From an uncultured Candidatus Saccharibacteria bacterium (GTDB lineage: Bacteria > Patescibacteriota > Minisyncoccia > UBA6257 > UBA11618): a stretch of DNA of 32,000 nucleotides. Position 1 is the first letter of the stretch. Each line of letters starts with the position of its first letter. Shown here one piece after another: positions 6,135 to 15,068 of the stretch. A model generated the notes under the pieces. It had not been told where the DNA came from. It searched no databases and saw only the letters and a program-made list of their open reading frames with translations. The stretch lies in assembly GCA_964432405.1 (NCBI GenBank), contig CAYSNH010000001.1:120001-152000 (forward strand), in the 5' to 3' direction. Position numbers and translations under genes: made by a program.

Positions 6135-7097
6135 CTACATTCTATCTTCAGGCTCCACATAACTAAGACCTAAGGCTTTATAAATTTCCTCTTCGGTCTT
6201 TCCTGCGATCTGCTTACTACCTTTAAATAAACCATATTCATTTAACTTATAACCCTTTTTTAAGGCTAATTGACGAAGACCAATGTTATGATCCTTGGGA
6301 CCGGTAAAATAATTAAGGGCTGCTCCATAGGACTCCTCAGGAATCACTCTCAAATCGGCGTCTAGGCCACTTTTTAACTTAACCAGGGCCTTGGTAGTTC
6401 CTTTGGCAAAAACCTCCTCTACCTCCGGCATTGCGACAAAAAAATCTATTATCTTCTTACCAAATACCGATTTAGCACAAACTACTATATCAATATCACC
6501 AATTGTTTTTTTACCTCTCCTCAATGAGCCTGCTATCGTTACTTTTTTAACCCCCTTGAAACGTTTTAATTTCCTTTCAATGGCTTTTGCTTGTGGCAAA
6601 GCAACGGCCAAAGCTTGCCGTCCTTTTGATTGCCTTAGATATCCCAAGCCTCTCAAAATATTCTGCTCACTCTTTGCACCAAACCCCTTTAACTTACCAA
6701 CCTTACCCAACTTAATTGCTCTCTCTAACTGCTTAACTGTTTTAATACCTAGCTTCTCATAAAGAGTTTTGATGTTTTTTGGCCCCAAGCCTTCAATTGC
6801 TGTTAGCTCTGATAAATCAACTGGGATCTTCTTTTTTAATTTCTGATAATATTTTAACTTACCCGTCTTGATTAACTCCTCTATCTTTAAAGCAATAGAC
6901 TTACCAACTCCTGGAACATTCTCCAAAGCCTCAAGCCCTCCTTCCTTATATATATCCACCAAGCTCTTTTTCAGACCCGTGATAACATCCGCCACCTTTT
7001 CATAGGCCTGAGGCTTAAAAGCCACACCCTGCATCCTTAAACGATCTGAAATTTCATAAAATATTTTAGCAATTTCCGAATTCTTAATAATCTTCAT
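6135..7097 (-). CDS. family X DNA polymerase (Pol beta-like core only, no PHP domain)
   Basis: 320 aa. It has HhH-type GVGKSIALKI and GLGPKNIKTL motifs and the nucleotidyltransferase motif GSLRRGKKTIGDIDIVV. Its length corresponds to the polymerase core without the C-terminal PHP domain of most bacterial PolX proteins. Confidence 0.75.
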   Translation of the reverse strand: MKIIKNSEIAKIFYEISDRLRMQGVAFKPQAYEKVADVITGLKKSLVDIYKEGGLEALENVPGVGKSIALKIEELIKTGKLKYYQKLKKKIPVDLSELTAIEGLGPKNIKTLYEKLGIKTVKQLERAIKLGKVGKLKGFGAKSEQNILRGLGYLRQSKGRQALAVALPQAKAIERKLKRFKGVKKVTIAGSLRRGKKTIGDIDIVVCAKSVFGKKIIDFFVAMPEVEEVFAKGTTKALVKLKSGLDADLRVIPEESYGAALNYFTGPKDHNIGLRQLALKKGYKLNEYGLFKGSKQIAGKTEEEIYKALGLSYVEPEDRM

Positions 7098-7100
7098 AAC

Positions 7101-7766
7101 CTACTCTTGAACATGAGTAATGGGCTTGTGATCTCTGATAAGAACCCTTCCTTTACGCCCTTTGCGCTGAGGGAAAATTATATGTGGCACAAAAAAGATA
7201 ACTACAGCCGATAACAAAGAGAAAAATCCTCCCAAAACAAAAACCATTATAAAGCCAAATAACTTAACAATAATTCCACTAACCAAACCTGTAACACCGG
7301 CTGCAAAAGACATCGCTGTGCTATCAAGGGACCAATCCAGAGCCTCGTGATTCTTATCCAGGTGACGAGAGAACATTCCTGACCAAGAAGGAACGTACAT
7401 GCCAAAAGCGATCGCGTGAATTACTTGCACCGCATACAATTGCCAAATCTCTTCTACTAAAGCGAAGCTAAAAGCCGAAATGGAAGCTAGAACTAACCCT
7501 AAAACCAAAACCATAAAATCATCTTTCTCTCCTGGAGTTTTGTCTAAAAAGTTAGCGATAGGTATTTGGATAGCTCCTTTAATAATCCAATATACAGCAG
7601 CGGCCATACCAACTGTCACCACCGTAGCTCCATGAACCTTATCTACAATAAACAAAGCAAAAATTGGGTTGATTAATCCCCAACCAGCCAAAAGAGCCAG
7701 GTCCGCCAAAACAAACAGCCGAACAAAACGACCAACCTTGAGAGAAAAATTAAACGGCATCTTCAT
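7101..7766 (-). CDS. six-TM MFS-like membrane protein (half-size or truncated)
   Basis: 221 aa with about 6 TM segments. A loop FLDKTPGEKDDF sits in the position of the MFS D-R/K-x-G-R-R/K motif between TM2 and TM3. No second six-helix half is encoded. Confidence 0.4.
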   Translation of the reverse strand: MKMPFNFSLKVGRFVRLFVLADLALLAGWGLINPIFALFIVDKVHGATVVTVGMAAAVYWIIKGAIQIPIANFLDKTPGEKDDFMVLVLGLVLASISAFSFALVEEIWQLYAVQVIHAIAFGMYVPSWSGMFSRHLDKNHEALDWSLDSTAMSFAAGVTGLVSGIIVKLFGFIMVFVLGGFFSLLSAVVIFFVPHIIFPQRKGRKGRVLIRDHKPITHVQE

Positions 7767-7776
7767 AATATTGATT

Positions 7777-8433
7777 TTAACCGAAAATCAAACCCTTTTC
7801 TAAGTCCTCAAACTTAATATCTAATGATTTGTAAAAATCTCTTACTAACTCTGAACGTGATTTTGCTAGAACTGCAAATAAATCCTGAGGCTCTACATAA
7901 CTACCGCCTCTTTCTAAGGCTCGCTCTCCCGCCTCTTTTACAACCCTATCCAACATCTCCTTTATCTGACTCTTTTTAATTTTTATTTGCCCATCAGACT
8001 TAATCAATTGATCAATCTTCTTGACCGCCACCCTTACATCAACCTCTAATCGCTTCAACCCTTTTTTAATTTCCACTTGTTCAAGACATTGTTTAATCAA
8101 CCAAAGATCAAAATGACCACCTAAAAAATAACAGCGCTCTGAAGCCTTCTCTACAACATTATTAGTTGTTGGTAAAAGATATTCGTTAAGATTAACTCTT
8201 CCTGGTGGTAGTTCGGCTAATTTTTTATCCGCTTGATTAATATGCATCAAACGATCAATTAAAAATAAAATAATAAAAATCCCCAAACTCTGCATCCAAC
8301 GCAACTCTGCAAAAGATAAAACAATACTAGAGGCTGCCAAGGATCCGTAAAAGGCGTAAATAAATAAACGGGCTAAGAACCGTCCTCCCATTCCCATTTT
8401 CAATCTAATACTGTCAAAATAAAATCTATCCAT
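7777..8433 (-). CDS. membrane-anchored hypothetical protein with Clp-N-like repeat region (weak)
   Basis: 218 aa with two N-terminal TM segments. The C-terminal region (ASERCYFLGGHFDLWLIKQCL ... ERGGSYVEPQDLFAVLAK) resembles the double Clp N-terminal repeat. Confidence 0.35.
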   Translation of the reverse strand: MDRFYFDSIRLKMGMGGRFLARLFIYAFYGSLAASSIVLSFAELRWMQSLGIFIILFLIDRLMHINQADKKLAELPPGRVNLNEYLLPTTNNVVEKASERCYFLGGHFDLWLIKQCLEQVEIKKGLKRLEVDVRVAVKKIDQLIKSDGQIKIKKSQIKEMLDRVVKEAGERALERGGSYVEPQDLFAVLAKSRSELVRDFYKSLDIKFEDLEKGLIFG

Positions 8434-8435
8434 AG

Positions 8436-8666
8436 TTAGATAATGTAAAAGATTCTAATTATTAACCAGATAGGAATCAAAGCCCAAACAAAATAAATAA
8501 TAATTGCTATCAAAAAAGCCGCCCAATAAAGAATGAGGCTGTGACGCAAAGAGCAAACTAATTTTTTAAAAATTACATAAGTATTTCCATACCAATGAAT
8601 GAAAAAACCCAGCAACCTATTTAAAAAACTGCTGACCAAATAAGTAATCGTTAAATCTAATCTCAT
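8436..8666 (-). CDS. small hypothetical membrane protein
   Basis: 76-aa ORF with two hydrophobic helices, tightly packed between its neighbours. There is no other support. Confidence 0.3.
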   Translation of the reverse strand: MRLDLTITYLVSSFLNRLLGFFIHWYGNTYVIFKKLVCSLRHSLILYWAAFLIAIIIYFVWALIPIWLIIRIFYII

Positions 8667-8711
8667 GTTATTAAATCTAGCATAAACTAATTATAAAAAA
8701 TAAAAAACCCT

Positions 8712-9728
8712 TTAAAGTAGTAACCCTATAATTAGCCAAAGCATCCCCATTCCTGGTCTCAAGGTCCATAAGAAATGATCGGAAAAACCATATAGCAGAA
8801 GACTGGCTAATAATATAAAGGTTACCCCTCTTTCCCAATTAGCAAAACCTTGCCAATAAAAACTTCCGATAAACATTAAGAATAGTAGAAGACCTATCAA
8901 TCCCAGCTCTACTGCTATTAATAAATAAAGATTGTGAATTGGTCGCTCCCCCATGGCCAAAACTAAACCGCTACCTAACAAAGGCTTTTCTTTAATCTTT
9001 TCTAGCGCCACTTGATAATCAGTTAGACGTTCTTGAATAGTGAAATTAGTTGTTTCAATTTGCAAGCGAGGAATAACAGCCCAGGAAAAAGAAACTGCTA
9101 ATACTATTACTGAAACAATAATAACTGTTGTTAATCGCCACCAATTTTTTTTATTAATAAAATCTCTACTAAACAATAAGAAGATCAAACTCATTAATAT
9201 AGCAATTGCCCAGCCAACTCGAGAAAAAGTCACTAATAACCCCAGCCAATTAATAAATATCATTACTAACCACAAATATTGCCAGCGCTTTCCCGAGTAA
9301 CGAAAAAAGAAATAGTAGCAACTAATTAAAGATAGAATTAAAAAGGCCGCCAATATATTAGGATGAGGAAAAGTTCCGTAAGCTCTCAACAACAAACCAG
9401 GATTAAGAAAAGTTTTGGCTATTGTTAAATTTAATGGCTCTAAAATAGACTCCCCTAAAAATTGAAGCCCTAAACTTTTCTGCCTTATAAACTGAGTCAC
9501 CGCTAATAAAGACTCACCTAAACCACCAACGGCTAGCAACCAAAAAATAAATCTCCTAGGAATTAAGCTAACGAGAAAAGCTATCACCACCCAAGCTAAT
9601 AATTTAAAAAAGGCGTAGTTCCAAGATAAACTAGCCACTATTAAAAATAAAAGTAGAAATAATTTATTTAAATTCCACTGTGACTTCAACCACGCCACTT
9701 GGGTCGCTGGCGAAGGAATGTTCAACAT
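8712..9728 (-). CDS. O-antigen ligase/polymerase (Wzy_C)-like polytopic membrane protein
   Basis: 338 aa and about 10 TM segments. The region FSRVGWAIAILMSLIFLL followed by a periplasmic loop is typical of the O-antigen ligase family. The true start is probably downstream (GTG/TTG), because the track start overlaps the upstream gene by 65 nt. Confidence 0.5.
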   Translation of the reverse strand: MLNIPSPATQVAWLKSQWNLNKLFLLLFLIVASLSWNYAFFKLLAWVVIAFLVSLIPRRFIFWLLAVGGLGESLLAVTQFIRQKSLGLQFLGESILEPLNLTIAKTFLNPGLLLRAYGTFPHPNILAAFLILSLISCYYFFFRYSGKRWQYLWLVMIFINWLGLLVTFSRVGWAIAILMSLIFLLFSRDFINKKNWWRLTTVIIVSVIVLAVSFSWAVIPRLQIETTNFTIQERLTDYQVALEKIKEKPLLGSGLVLAMGERPIHNLYLLIAVELGLIGLLLFLMFIGSFYWQGFANWERGVTFILLASLLLYGFSDHFLWTLRPGMGMLWLIIGLLL

Positions 9729-10176
9729 CTATTTTATTAAACACTTCTTTTATCTTTCTTGCTAGCTTATTAGCCAATTGATTTTCAGTAGTTGTCACCT
9801 CCCAATTAGCATCTCCTTTCTTAATATTAATTAAACGATCTAAGGGGTCTATCTCAAAAGCAGTTCGACAAAACGACGTAACAAGCTCCCCTAACTCTTT
9901 CTCAAATTTTTTAGGAACTTTTTTTATAGTCACCCTCCCTTCGTATTGCTTATTTTTGATCATCTCACAAGCCGGACAAAGCTTAAATTTCATTTGAAAA
10001 TTATTTTCCTTATCTAAGTTTTTAAAATCTTCTATTTTATGGTGCCAGTGCTTATCAAAATAAACCGAGCCACAATCAGAACACATTAAAAACGGCTTTT
10101 CACCTTTTAAAAACTCCTGCTTGTAATTTCTCTCTTCTGGCAGATTGGACTTTCCTTGTTCTTTAGAATAGTTCAT
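9664..10176 (-). CDS. BCAM0308-family / NMD3-like zinc-ribbon protein
   Basis: 170 aa. It has two CxxC pairs (CSDCGSVYFDKHWHH ... CPACEMIKNKQYEGRVTI) followed by ...WEVTTTENQLANKLARKIKEVF.... This layout matches my recollection of the bacterial NMD3-related BCAM0308 family. Confidence 0.5.
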   Translation of the reverse strand: MNYSKEQGKSNLPEERNYKQEFLKGEKPFLMCSDCGSVYFDKHWHHKIEDFKNLDKENNFQMKFKLCPACEMIKNKQYEGRVTIKKVPKKFEKELGELVTSFCRTAFEIDPLDRLINIKKGDANWEVTTTENQLANKLARKIKEVFNKIDVEHSFASDPSGVVEVTVEFK

Positions 10177-11287
10177 ATATTTGATTAAGAATTATTAAAA
10201 TAAATAAAATTGATAACAAGCCAATAACCGACTTAGGAATATCACCTAAGATCATCTTACCTCTTCTCTTCTTTTTAGCCTCAATCCACATGGCCATTAT
10301 AAACAAGGCCTCCAATCCAAAGAACAAACCACCCGCCAAAGAAACTAGCTTAATAAAATCTTGGAAACCAGCCAGGTAAAAAGTTAATGGCAATAAAGCT
10401 ATCGCGGCCACTCTAAAAAATCCTGGCCACTTCATATCAACTTTCAAAATATCATTAACGTTATAGCCAATAATTATATAAGAACTCCAGAGACTTAATA
10501 AGCCAAGTACACCTATTAAGATAAGAAGACTAGATGGCAACTGACCGACTAAACCAGAAACGGAATCAGGAGAAACGGGAGCTGATAAAGCAATTACGGC
10601 TAAAATAAAAAATATATAAACTATTGCGGGAGTAATGGTTCCTAGAATTATAGACCTCCTTATCTTTATCACATTCTTCCTTGAAGAACGCGCTATAGCC
10701 AACACCGCCACTCTACCAACTAAGGCAAAAAAGATGGGGGCTATGGGCGATAAGGACTTTCCTACCGTTGGAACAGTAACGTCAATTACCAAAGGAAACA
10801 TTTCTGGTAAGGCTATTATAAAAATAACCGCGATAATACCAATCATGCCAATCGCAATAATAGATTCTAATAATCCCAACTTCTTTAAATTCAAAAAAAT
10901 AACAACCGTTCCTAAAAGCCAAAAGACTAATAAATGAGAAAAAGAACTACTACCAAAAATTAGTTTTGTGAAGCTTAAAGATAAAACTAAATAAATAACC
11001 AAGACCAACATCATCTGAACCACTGTCATCAAAACACTAAAAGCAGCACTAGTTGGTCCTAAATATAATCTAGAAAAACCTACAAAATTATGGCGCTCCT
11101 TTGTCCTAACGATAATGTCGGCATAAAACAGATGAATCATCACCACAACCGCTGTAGCTAACGCCATTATGACAAACCCATTAAAGATTCCTATCTGAGC
11201 AAAAATAAAAGGCAAAGAAAAAATACCGGCCCCGATAATAGCCCCGGCCATTATACCTGCTGGTATTAGAGATTTAGCCTTAATCAT
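10163..11287 (-). CDS. amino acid permease (APC/aromatic amino acid permease-like)
   Basis: 374 aa and about 11 TM segments, with an N-terminal GAIIGAGIFSLPFIF motif typical of APC-superfamily transporters. Confidence 0.55.
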   Translation of the reverse strand: MIKAKSLIPAGIMAGAIIGAGIFSLPFIFAQIGIFNGFVIMALATAVVVMIHLFYADIIVRTKERHNFVGFSRLYLGPTSAAFSVLMTVVQMMLVLVIYLVLSLSFTKLIFGSSSFSHLLVFWLLGTVVIFLNLKKLGLLESIIAIGMIGIIAVIFIIALPEMFPLVIDVTVPTVGKSLSPIAPIFFALVGRVAVLAIARSSRKNVIKIRRSIILGTITPAIVYIFFILAVIALSAPVSPDSVSGLVGQLPSSLLILIGVLGLLSLWSSYIIIGYNVNDILKVDMKWPGFFRVAAIALLPLTFYLAGFQDFIKLVSLAGGLFFGLEALFIMAMWIEAKKKRRGKMILGDIPKSVIGLLSILFILIILNQIYELF

Positions 11288-11865
11288 TAAACAAGATCCT
11301 TATTTTCTTTATCAATTAATTCAACAACTAGTTGTAATAATTTTTTAGGATCACTCTCAAAAGCTATCTTACCTGGTCCACGGTGAGCCTTAGCAACAAT
11401 ATCTCTGACTTCGTCTGCGATTCCACCAGTTCCCTCTAAGACTCCCATTGGCTTCTTATCTTCAAAAGAAATAGTAAATTCATTTAAAGTTCCCATTCGA
11501 CCACAAACGGTAATTACCGCATCAGCCGCTCGAGTTAATAGTAAATTTCTTCCTGAATAATCAAAGCCTGTAAAGATTATCATGTCATGATAATCAACCG
11601 GTAAACGATAGCTCTTAATGTGAGCGGCCTTAGAAACAGCTGGTGACAATCCAATAACCGTACCTCCTGCCTCCTTAGCTCCTTTGGCAGACCAATAAGG
11701 AGTACCAGTAGTTGCTCCAGTAACTAAAATCATGCCAGCTTTAGCAATCTCTGCGCCTAGTTGCTCAGCCTTTTCTAAAGCGTCTTTAGCACAATGTCCA
11801 GTCTCAGCTGCTCCAGAGACACAGATCTTATACTTCATATTATATTTGAAGTTGTTGTTAGCCAT
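11287..11865 (-). CDS. SLOG/LOG-superfamily protein (TIGR00725-like)
   Basis: 192 aa. KICVSGAAETGHC...AEIAKAGMILVTGATTG...AKEAGGTVIGLSP...DAVITVCGRMGTLNE shows a Rossmann-like pattern matching the TIGR00725/LOG family. Confidence 0.55.
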   Translation of the reverse strand: MANNNFKYNMKYKICVSGAAETGHCAKDALEKAEQLGAEIAKAGMILVTGATTGTPYWSAKGAKEAGGTVIGLSPAVSKAAHIKSYRLPVDYHDMIIFTGFDYSGRNLLLTRAADAVITVCGRMGTLNEFTISFEDKKPMGVLEGTGGIADEVRDIVAKAHRGPGKIAFESDPKKLLQLVVELIDKENKDLV

Positions 11866-11869
11866 TGTA

Positions 11870-13219
11870 TTAAATTATATCATAAGTAATTCCCTTCTGA
11901 GGGATACTTGCTGTAATAACTAATTCATCTCTAATCTTATCTCTAAGAACAGCACTAGCATCCTCTTCACCTTGAACAACAAAAACTTTTTTTAAAGTTT
12001 TTCTTCGTGGTCTTAGCCAATCTAATAACTGAGGCTGATCAGCGTGAGCCGAATAACCACCGATAGCTTTAATCTGGCAATTAACCTCTACATCTGCCCC
12101 ATGTATCCTAACCTTCTTTCTTCCATCAAATAATTGACGTCCTAAAGAACCTTTGGCCTGAAACCCAACAATTAAAAGAATGCTATTAGGATCTGGTAAG
12201 TAGTGTTTTAGATGGTGCAATATTCTGCCTGCGTGCATCATTCCCGAACCAGCAATAATTACCTTGGGCGGATCAACCTCATTAATAGATTTAGACTCCA
12301 TTGTTGTTAAAGTCTTTTTTAATCCTGGAAAATTAAAAATTGGCTCATCTGGACTAATCTCTGTAATAACATCTTTACTAAAATAATTGCGGTGCTTTCT
12401 ATATATCTCAGTTAATCTAATAGCTAGCGGACTATCAAGAAACACCGGCACTTTAGGCACTCGCCCCTCATCAATTAATTCGTGAATAACAAAAAGCAAT
12501 TGCTGACTTCTTTCCATGGCAAAAGCTGGAATCATTAATGTCCCCTTAGATTTAACAACGTTTTCAATCATATTTTCAATCGTTCCTTTTCTCTCTGCTA
12601 TGTCTTCGTGAATACGATCTCCATAAGTTGATTCAATCAAACAATAATCTGTTTCTGGCAACTCCTCTTTATAGCCAATCAAAGGAGCTGGGCTATTACC
12701 CAGATCTCCAGAGAAAGTAATCCTCTTACCATCAGCCTCAACATGAATAACACTTGAACCTAAAATATGCCCGGCGTTATAAAAAGTAACTGTAAAATTA
12801 TCAAGGCTAATCGGCTTATGATACCCCTCTCCTTTCCAAAGCTTCATTAAACCAGCAATATCTTCCTCTTTATATAAGATGGGTCTATTTGATCTCTCTG
12901 CCTCCATCTCTAAAATATGCTGCGAATCTTTTAACAGTACTCGTGAAAATTCTTTGCAAGGCGTTGTAGAATAAACCGTTCCTCTAAAACCATCTCTATA
13001 CAACTTTGGTAATAAGCCAATGTGATCGATATGAGAATGGGTAATGAAAACCGCTTTAATATCCTTAGGATTATAAGGAAAGTCATTCCAGTTTTGCCGT
13101 TCACTAAATTTCCCTCCTTGACGAAGACCACAATCGATTAATATTTTTGTTTCGCCACTTTCTAATAAGTAATTTGCTCCCGTGACAGCTTTAACACCTC
13201 CATTAAAAGTTAATTTCAT
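11870..13219 (-). CDS. MBL-fold beta-CASP RNA-metabolising hydrolase
   Basis: 449 aa. It has the HxHxDH motif (THSHIDHIG). The beta-CASP region and the C-terminal GYSAHADQPQLLDW are typical of the CPSF73/RNase J-like family. Confidence 0.8.
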   Translation of the reverse strand: MKLTFNGGVKAVTGANYLLESGETKILIDCGLRQGGKFSERQNWNDFPYNPKDIKAVFITHSHIDHIGLLPKLYRDGFRGTVYSTTPCKEFSRVLLKDSQHILEMEAERSNRPILYKEEDIAGLMKLWKGEGYHKPISLDNFTVTFYNAGHILGSSVIHVEADGKRITFSGDLGNSPAPLIGYKEELPETDYCLIESTYGDRIHEDIAERKGTIENMIENVVKSKGTLMIPAFAMERSQQLLFVIHELIDEGRVPKVPVFLDSPLAIRLTEIYRKHRNYFSKDVITEISPDEPIFNFPGLKKTLTTMESKSINEVDPPKVIIAGSGMMHAGRILHHLKHYLPDPNSILLIVGFQAKGSLGRQLFDGRKKVRIHGADVEVNCQIKAIGGYSAHADQPQLLDWLRPRRKTLKKVFVVQGEEDASAVLRDKIRDELVITASIPQKGITYDII

Positions 13220-13263
13220 AAGATCATTATATAATATTTCTTAAAAGTTAACTCTTAATAACT

Positions 13264-14415
13264 TTACAGACTCTTTAAAACAGCCCCTCTATCACTCCAA
13301 GCAATATTTTTACCTCCTTTTAAGTGAATAGAATTTTCACTGCCTTTGCCGGTAATAATAACCACGTCTCCAGATTGAGCTAGTTCAATAGCAATCTTAA
13401 TCGCTTCTCCTCGATCAATAACCTTCTTAGCTTGAGGACAGCCTTTAGCAATCTCCTCGATAATATTTTCTGGATCTTCATCATAAGGATCTTCATTAGT
13501 TAAAATAACTTCATCTCCATACTCAGCCGCAATCTTACCCATCTCGGGTCGCTTCCATTTATCCCTTCCCCCTCCAGCTGATCCCAAAACACAAATCAAT
13601 CTATCGTATTCCGGCTTGAGACTTTGATAGACCGCCTTTAGAGAATCTGGCGTATGAGCATAATCAACTATCACCGCAAAAGGCTCTTGTTGAATAAATT
13701 CCATTCTTCCAGGAATACCCGCAAAACCAACCACCCCTTTTCTAATATTTTCTTTATTAACTCCTAGCTCACTAGCGATAACTTCAACTAGCCCTACATT
13801 ATATTTATTAAACTCTCCGGCTAATTGGCTTTCAAGATTACTTTTCCCAAACCAAACCACCTTTCCTTGAGCCGCTTTTTCAAATTCCCTAGCATACTGA
13901 TCATCTTTATTAATAAAGCAAAGTTTTTGAGCTAGACGAAAAAGTTTTAATTTAGCTTCCTTATATTTATCAAAAGAACCATGAGCCTCAATATGCTCTG
14001 GAGCAAGATTAGTTAAAGCAGCCACATCCCACTTTATAAAAAGATGCCTGTTAGCAGCAATGCCCTCAGAGGTAACTTCAATAATTACATACCGACAACC
14101 AGCCTTAACAGAACGTCTTAAAAACTTTTGAATAAAAAAACGTCCAGGCATTGTAGTTTCGGTCTTATTCTTACCCTCCTCTTCTCCCACCTTAACCTTG
14201 ATCGATGAAAGAACCGCCACCTTCTCACTAGACGCTTCTAAAACAGCGCTCAATAATTCAATAGCAGTTGTCTTGCCTTTGGTTCCAGTAATGCCAATTA
14301 CAAAAATATCTTTTGAAGGAAAACCAAAAAACACCGCTCCTAAAAAAGACCAGCTAAAATGATACAACCAGGGAAGCCCTGGTATCATATAAAAAATTTT
14401 TCTTAAAAAATTCAT
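13264..14415 (-). CDS. murE: Mur ligase family protein, MurE-like, lacking the usual N-terminal domain
   Basis: 383 aa. Motifs: P-loop GITGTKGKTT; EVTSEGI...LTNLAPEHIEAHGSFDKYKEAKLKLF; DYAHTPDSL; GSAGGGRDKWKRPEMG; TNEDPYDEDP. A hydrophobic segment (IPGLPWLYHFSWSFLGAVFFGF) precedes the P-loop. Confidence 0.7.
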   Translation of the reverse strand: MNFLRKIFYMIPGLPWLYHFSWSFLGAVFFGFPSKDIFVIGITGTKGKTTAIELLSAVLEASSEKVAVLSSIKVKVGEEEGKNKTETTMPGRFFIQKFLRRSVKAGCRYVIIEVTSEGIAANRHLFIKWDVAALTNLAPEHIEAHGSFDKYKEAKLKLFRLAQKLCFINKDDQYAREFEKAAQGKVVWFGKSNLESQLAGEFNKYNVGLVEVIASELGVNKENIRKGVVGFAGIPGRMEFIQQEPFAVIVDYAHTPDSLKAVYQSLKPEYDRLICVLGSAGGGRDKWKRPEMGKIAAEYGDEVILTNEDPYDEDPENIIEEIAKGCPQAKKVIDRGEAIKIAIELAQSGDVVIITGKGSENSIHLKGGKNIAWSDRGAVLKSL

Positions 14416-14987
14416 TTCTTTACTTTCTTCAGAGCTTCTATTAAGCGATCTTCTAATTTTGTTAACTTAGGATCTATTTGAGAGATTATTTTTTTAGCTT
14501 GAGCCTTCGTATAATCTAAACTTACCAAAGCCTCTTCTAATTCAATATCAGACTCCATAGCCCTTACCACTTCCTCAGTACCTATAGCAACCACCTTACC
14601 TCTCAACTCCAAAACCACTCTCTCTGCCGTTTTTTTACCAATTCCTGAGGCACGAGTCAATAAATCCGGCTTACCTTCATTAATAGTTGCTATCAATTGA
14701 TCAACTGGAGCCACTGCCATCACTCCCAAGGCTGATCGAGGACCCACTCCGCTGATACTAATTAATTTCTCAAAAAAACCTAGTTCTAATTCTGTTGAAA
14801 AACCATATAGATCTAAAGCGTCTTCTTTTACATTTAAATAAGTATAAATTTTTAACTCTTCTCCTGTTTCTGGTAAAAGGTCGTGAGTTTTTGGCGATAT
14901 AAATACTTTGTAATTTACCTTATTAACATCAACGATAATAAAATCCTCTTTTTTAGACACTAACTCTCCTACTAAACGATAAATCAT
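14412..14987 (-). CDS. ruvA: Holliday junction branch migration complex subunit RuvA
   Basis: 191 aa. MIYRLVGELVSK...VNKVNYKVFIS...LISISGVGPRSALGVM...GIGKKTAERVVLEL is a canonical RuvA sequence. Confidence 0.9.
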   Translation of the reverse strand: MIYRLVGELVSKKEDFIIVDVNKVNYKVFISPKTHDLLPETGEELKIYTYLNVKEDALDLYGFSTELELGFFEKLISISGVGPRSALGVMAVAPVDQLIATINEGKPDLLTRASGIGKKTAERVVLELRGKVVAIGTEEVVRAMESDIELEEALVSLDYTKAQAKKIISQIDPKLTKLEDRLIEALKKVKK

Positions 14988-15029
14988 ACCTATATAGTAT
15001 AGAGAGGGCCGTAAAATAACAACTTTTAA

Positions 15030-15058
15030 GTGACAAAAGGCTAATTTTCCTTTATAAT
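15030..15058 (+). promoter_or_regulatory. putative uvrB promoter (GTGACA-17nt-TATAAT), 10 nt upstream of the ATG
   Basis: GTGACA(15030-15035), a 17-nt spacer, then TATAAT(15053-15058). The ATG is at 15069 and there is no SD in between. Confidence 0.5.
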
Positions 15059-15068
15059 ATGGGTCCTT

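Noticed and set aside
7101-7766. Half-size (6-TM) MFS-like gene as a possible pseudogene
   Set aside because: The ORF is intact and tightly packed between its neighbours, with no remnant of a second half downstream (the PolX gene starts 4 nt later). I cannot distinguish a functional half-transporter from an old truncation using the sequence alone.
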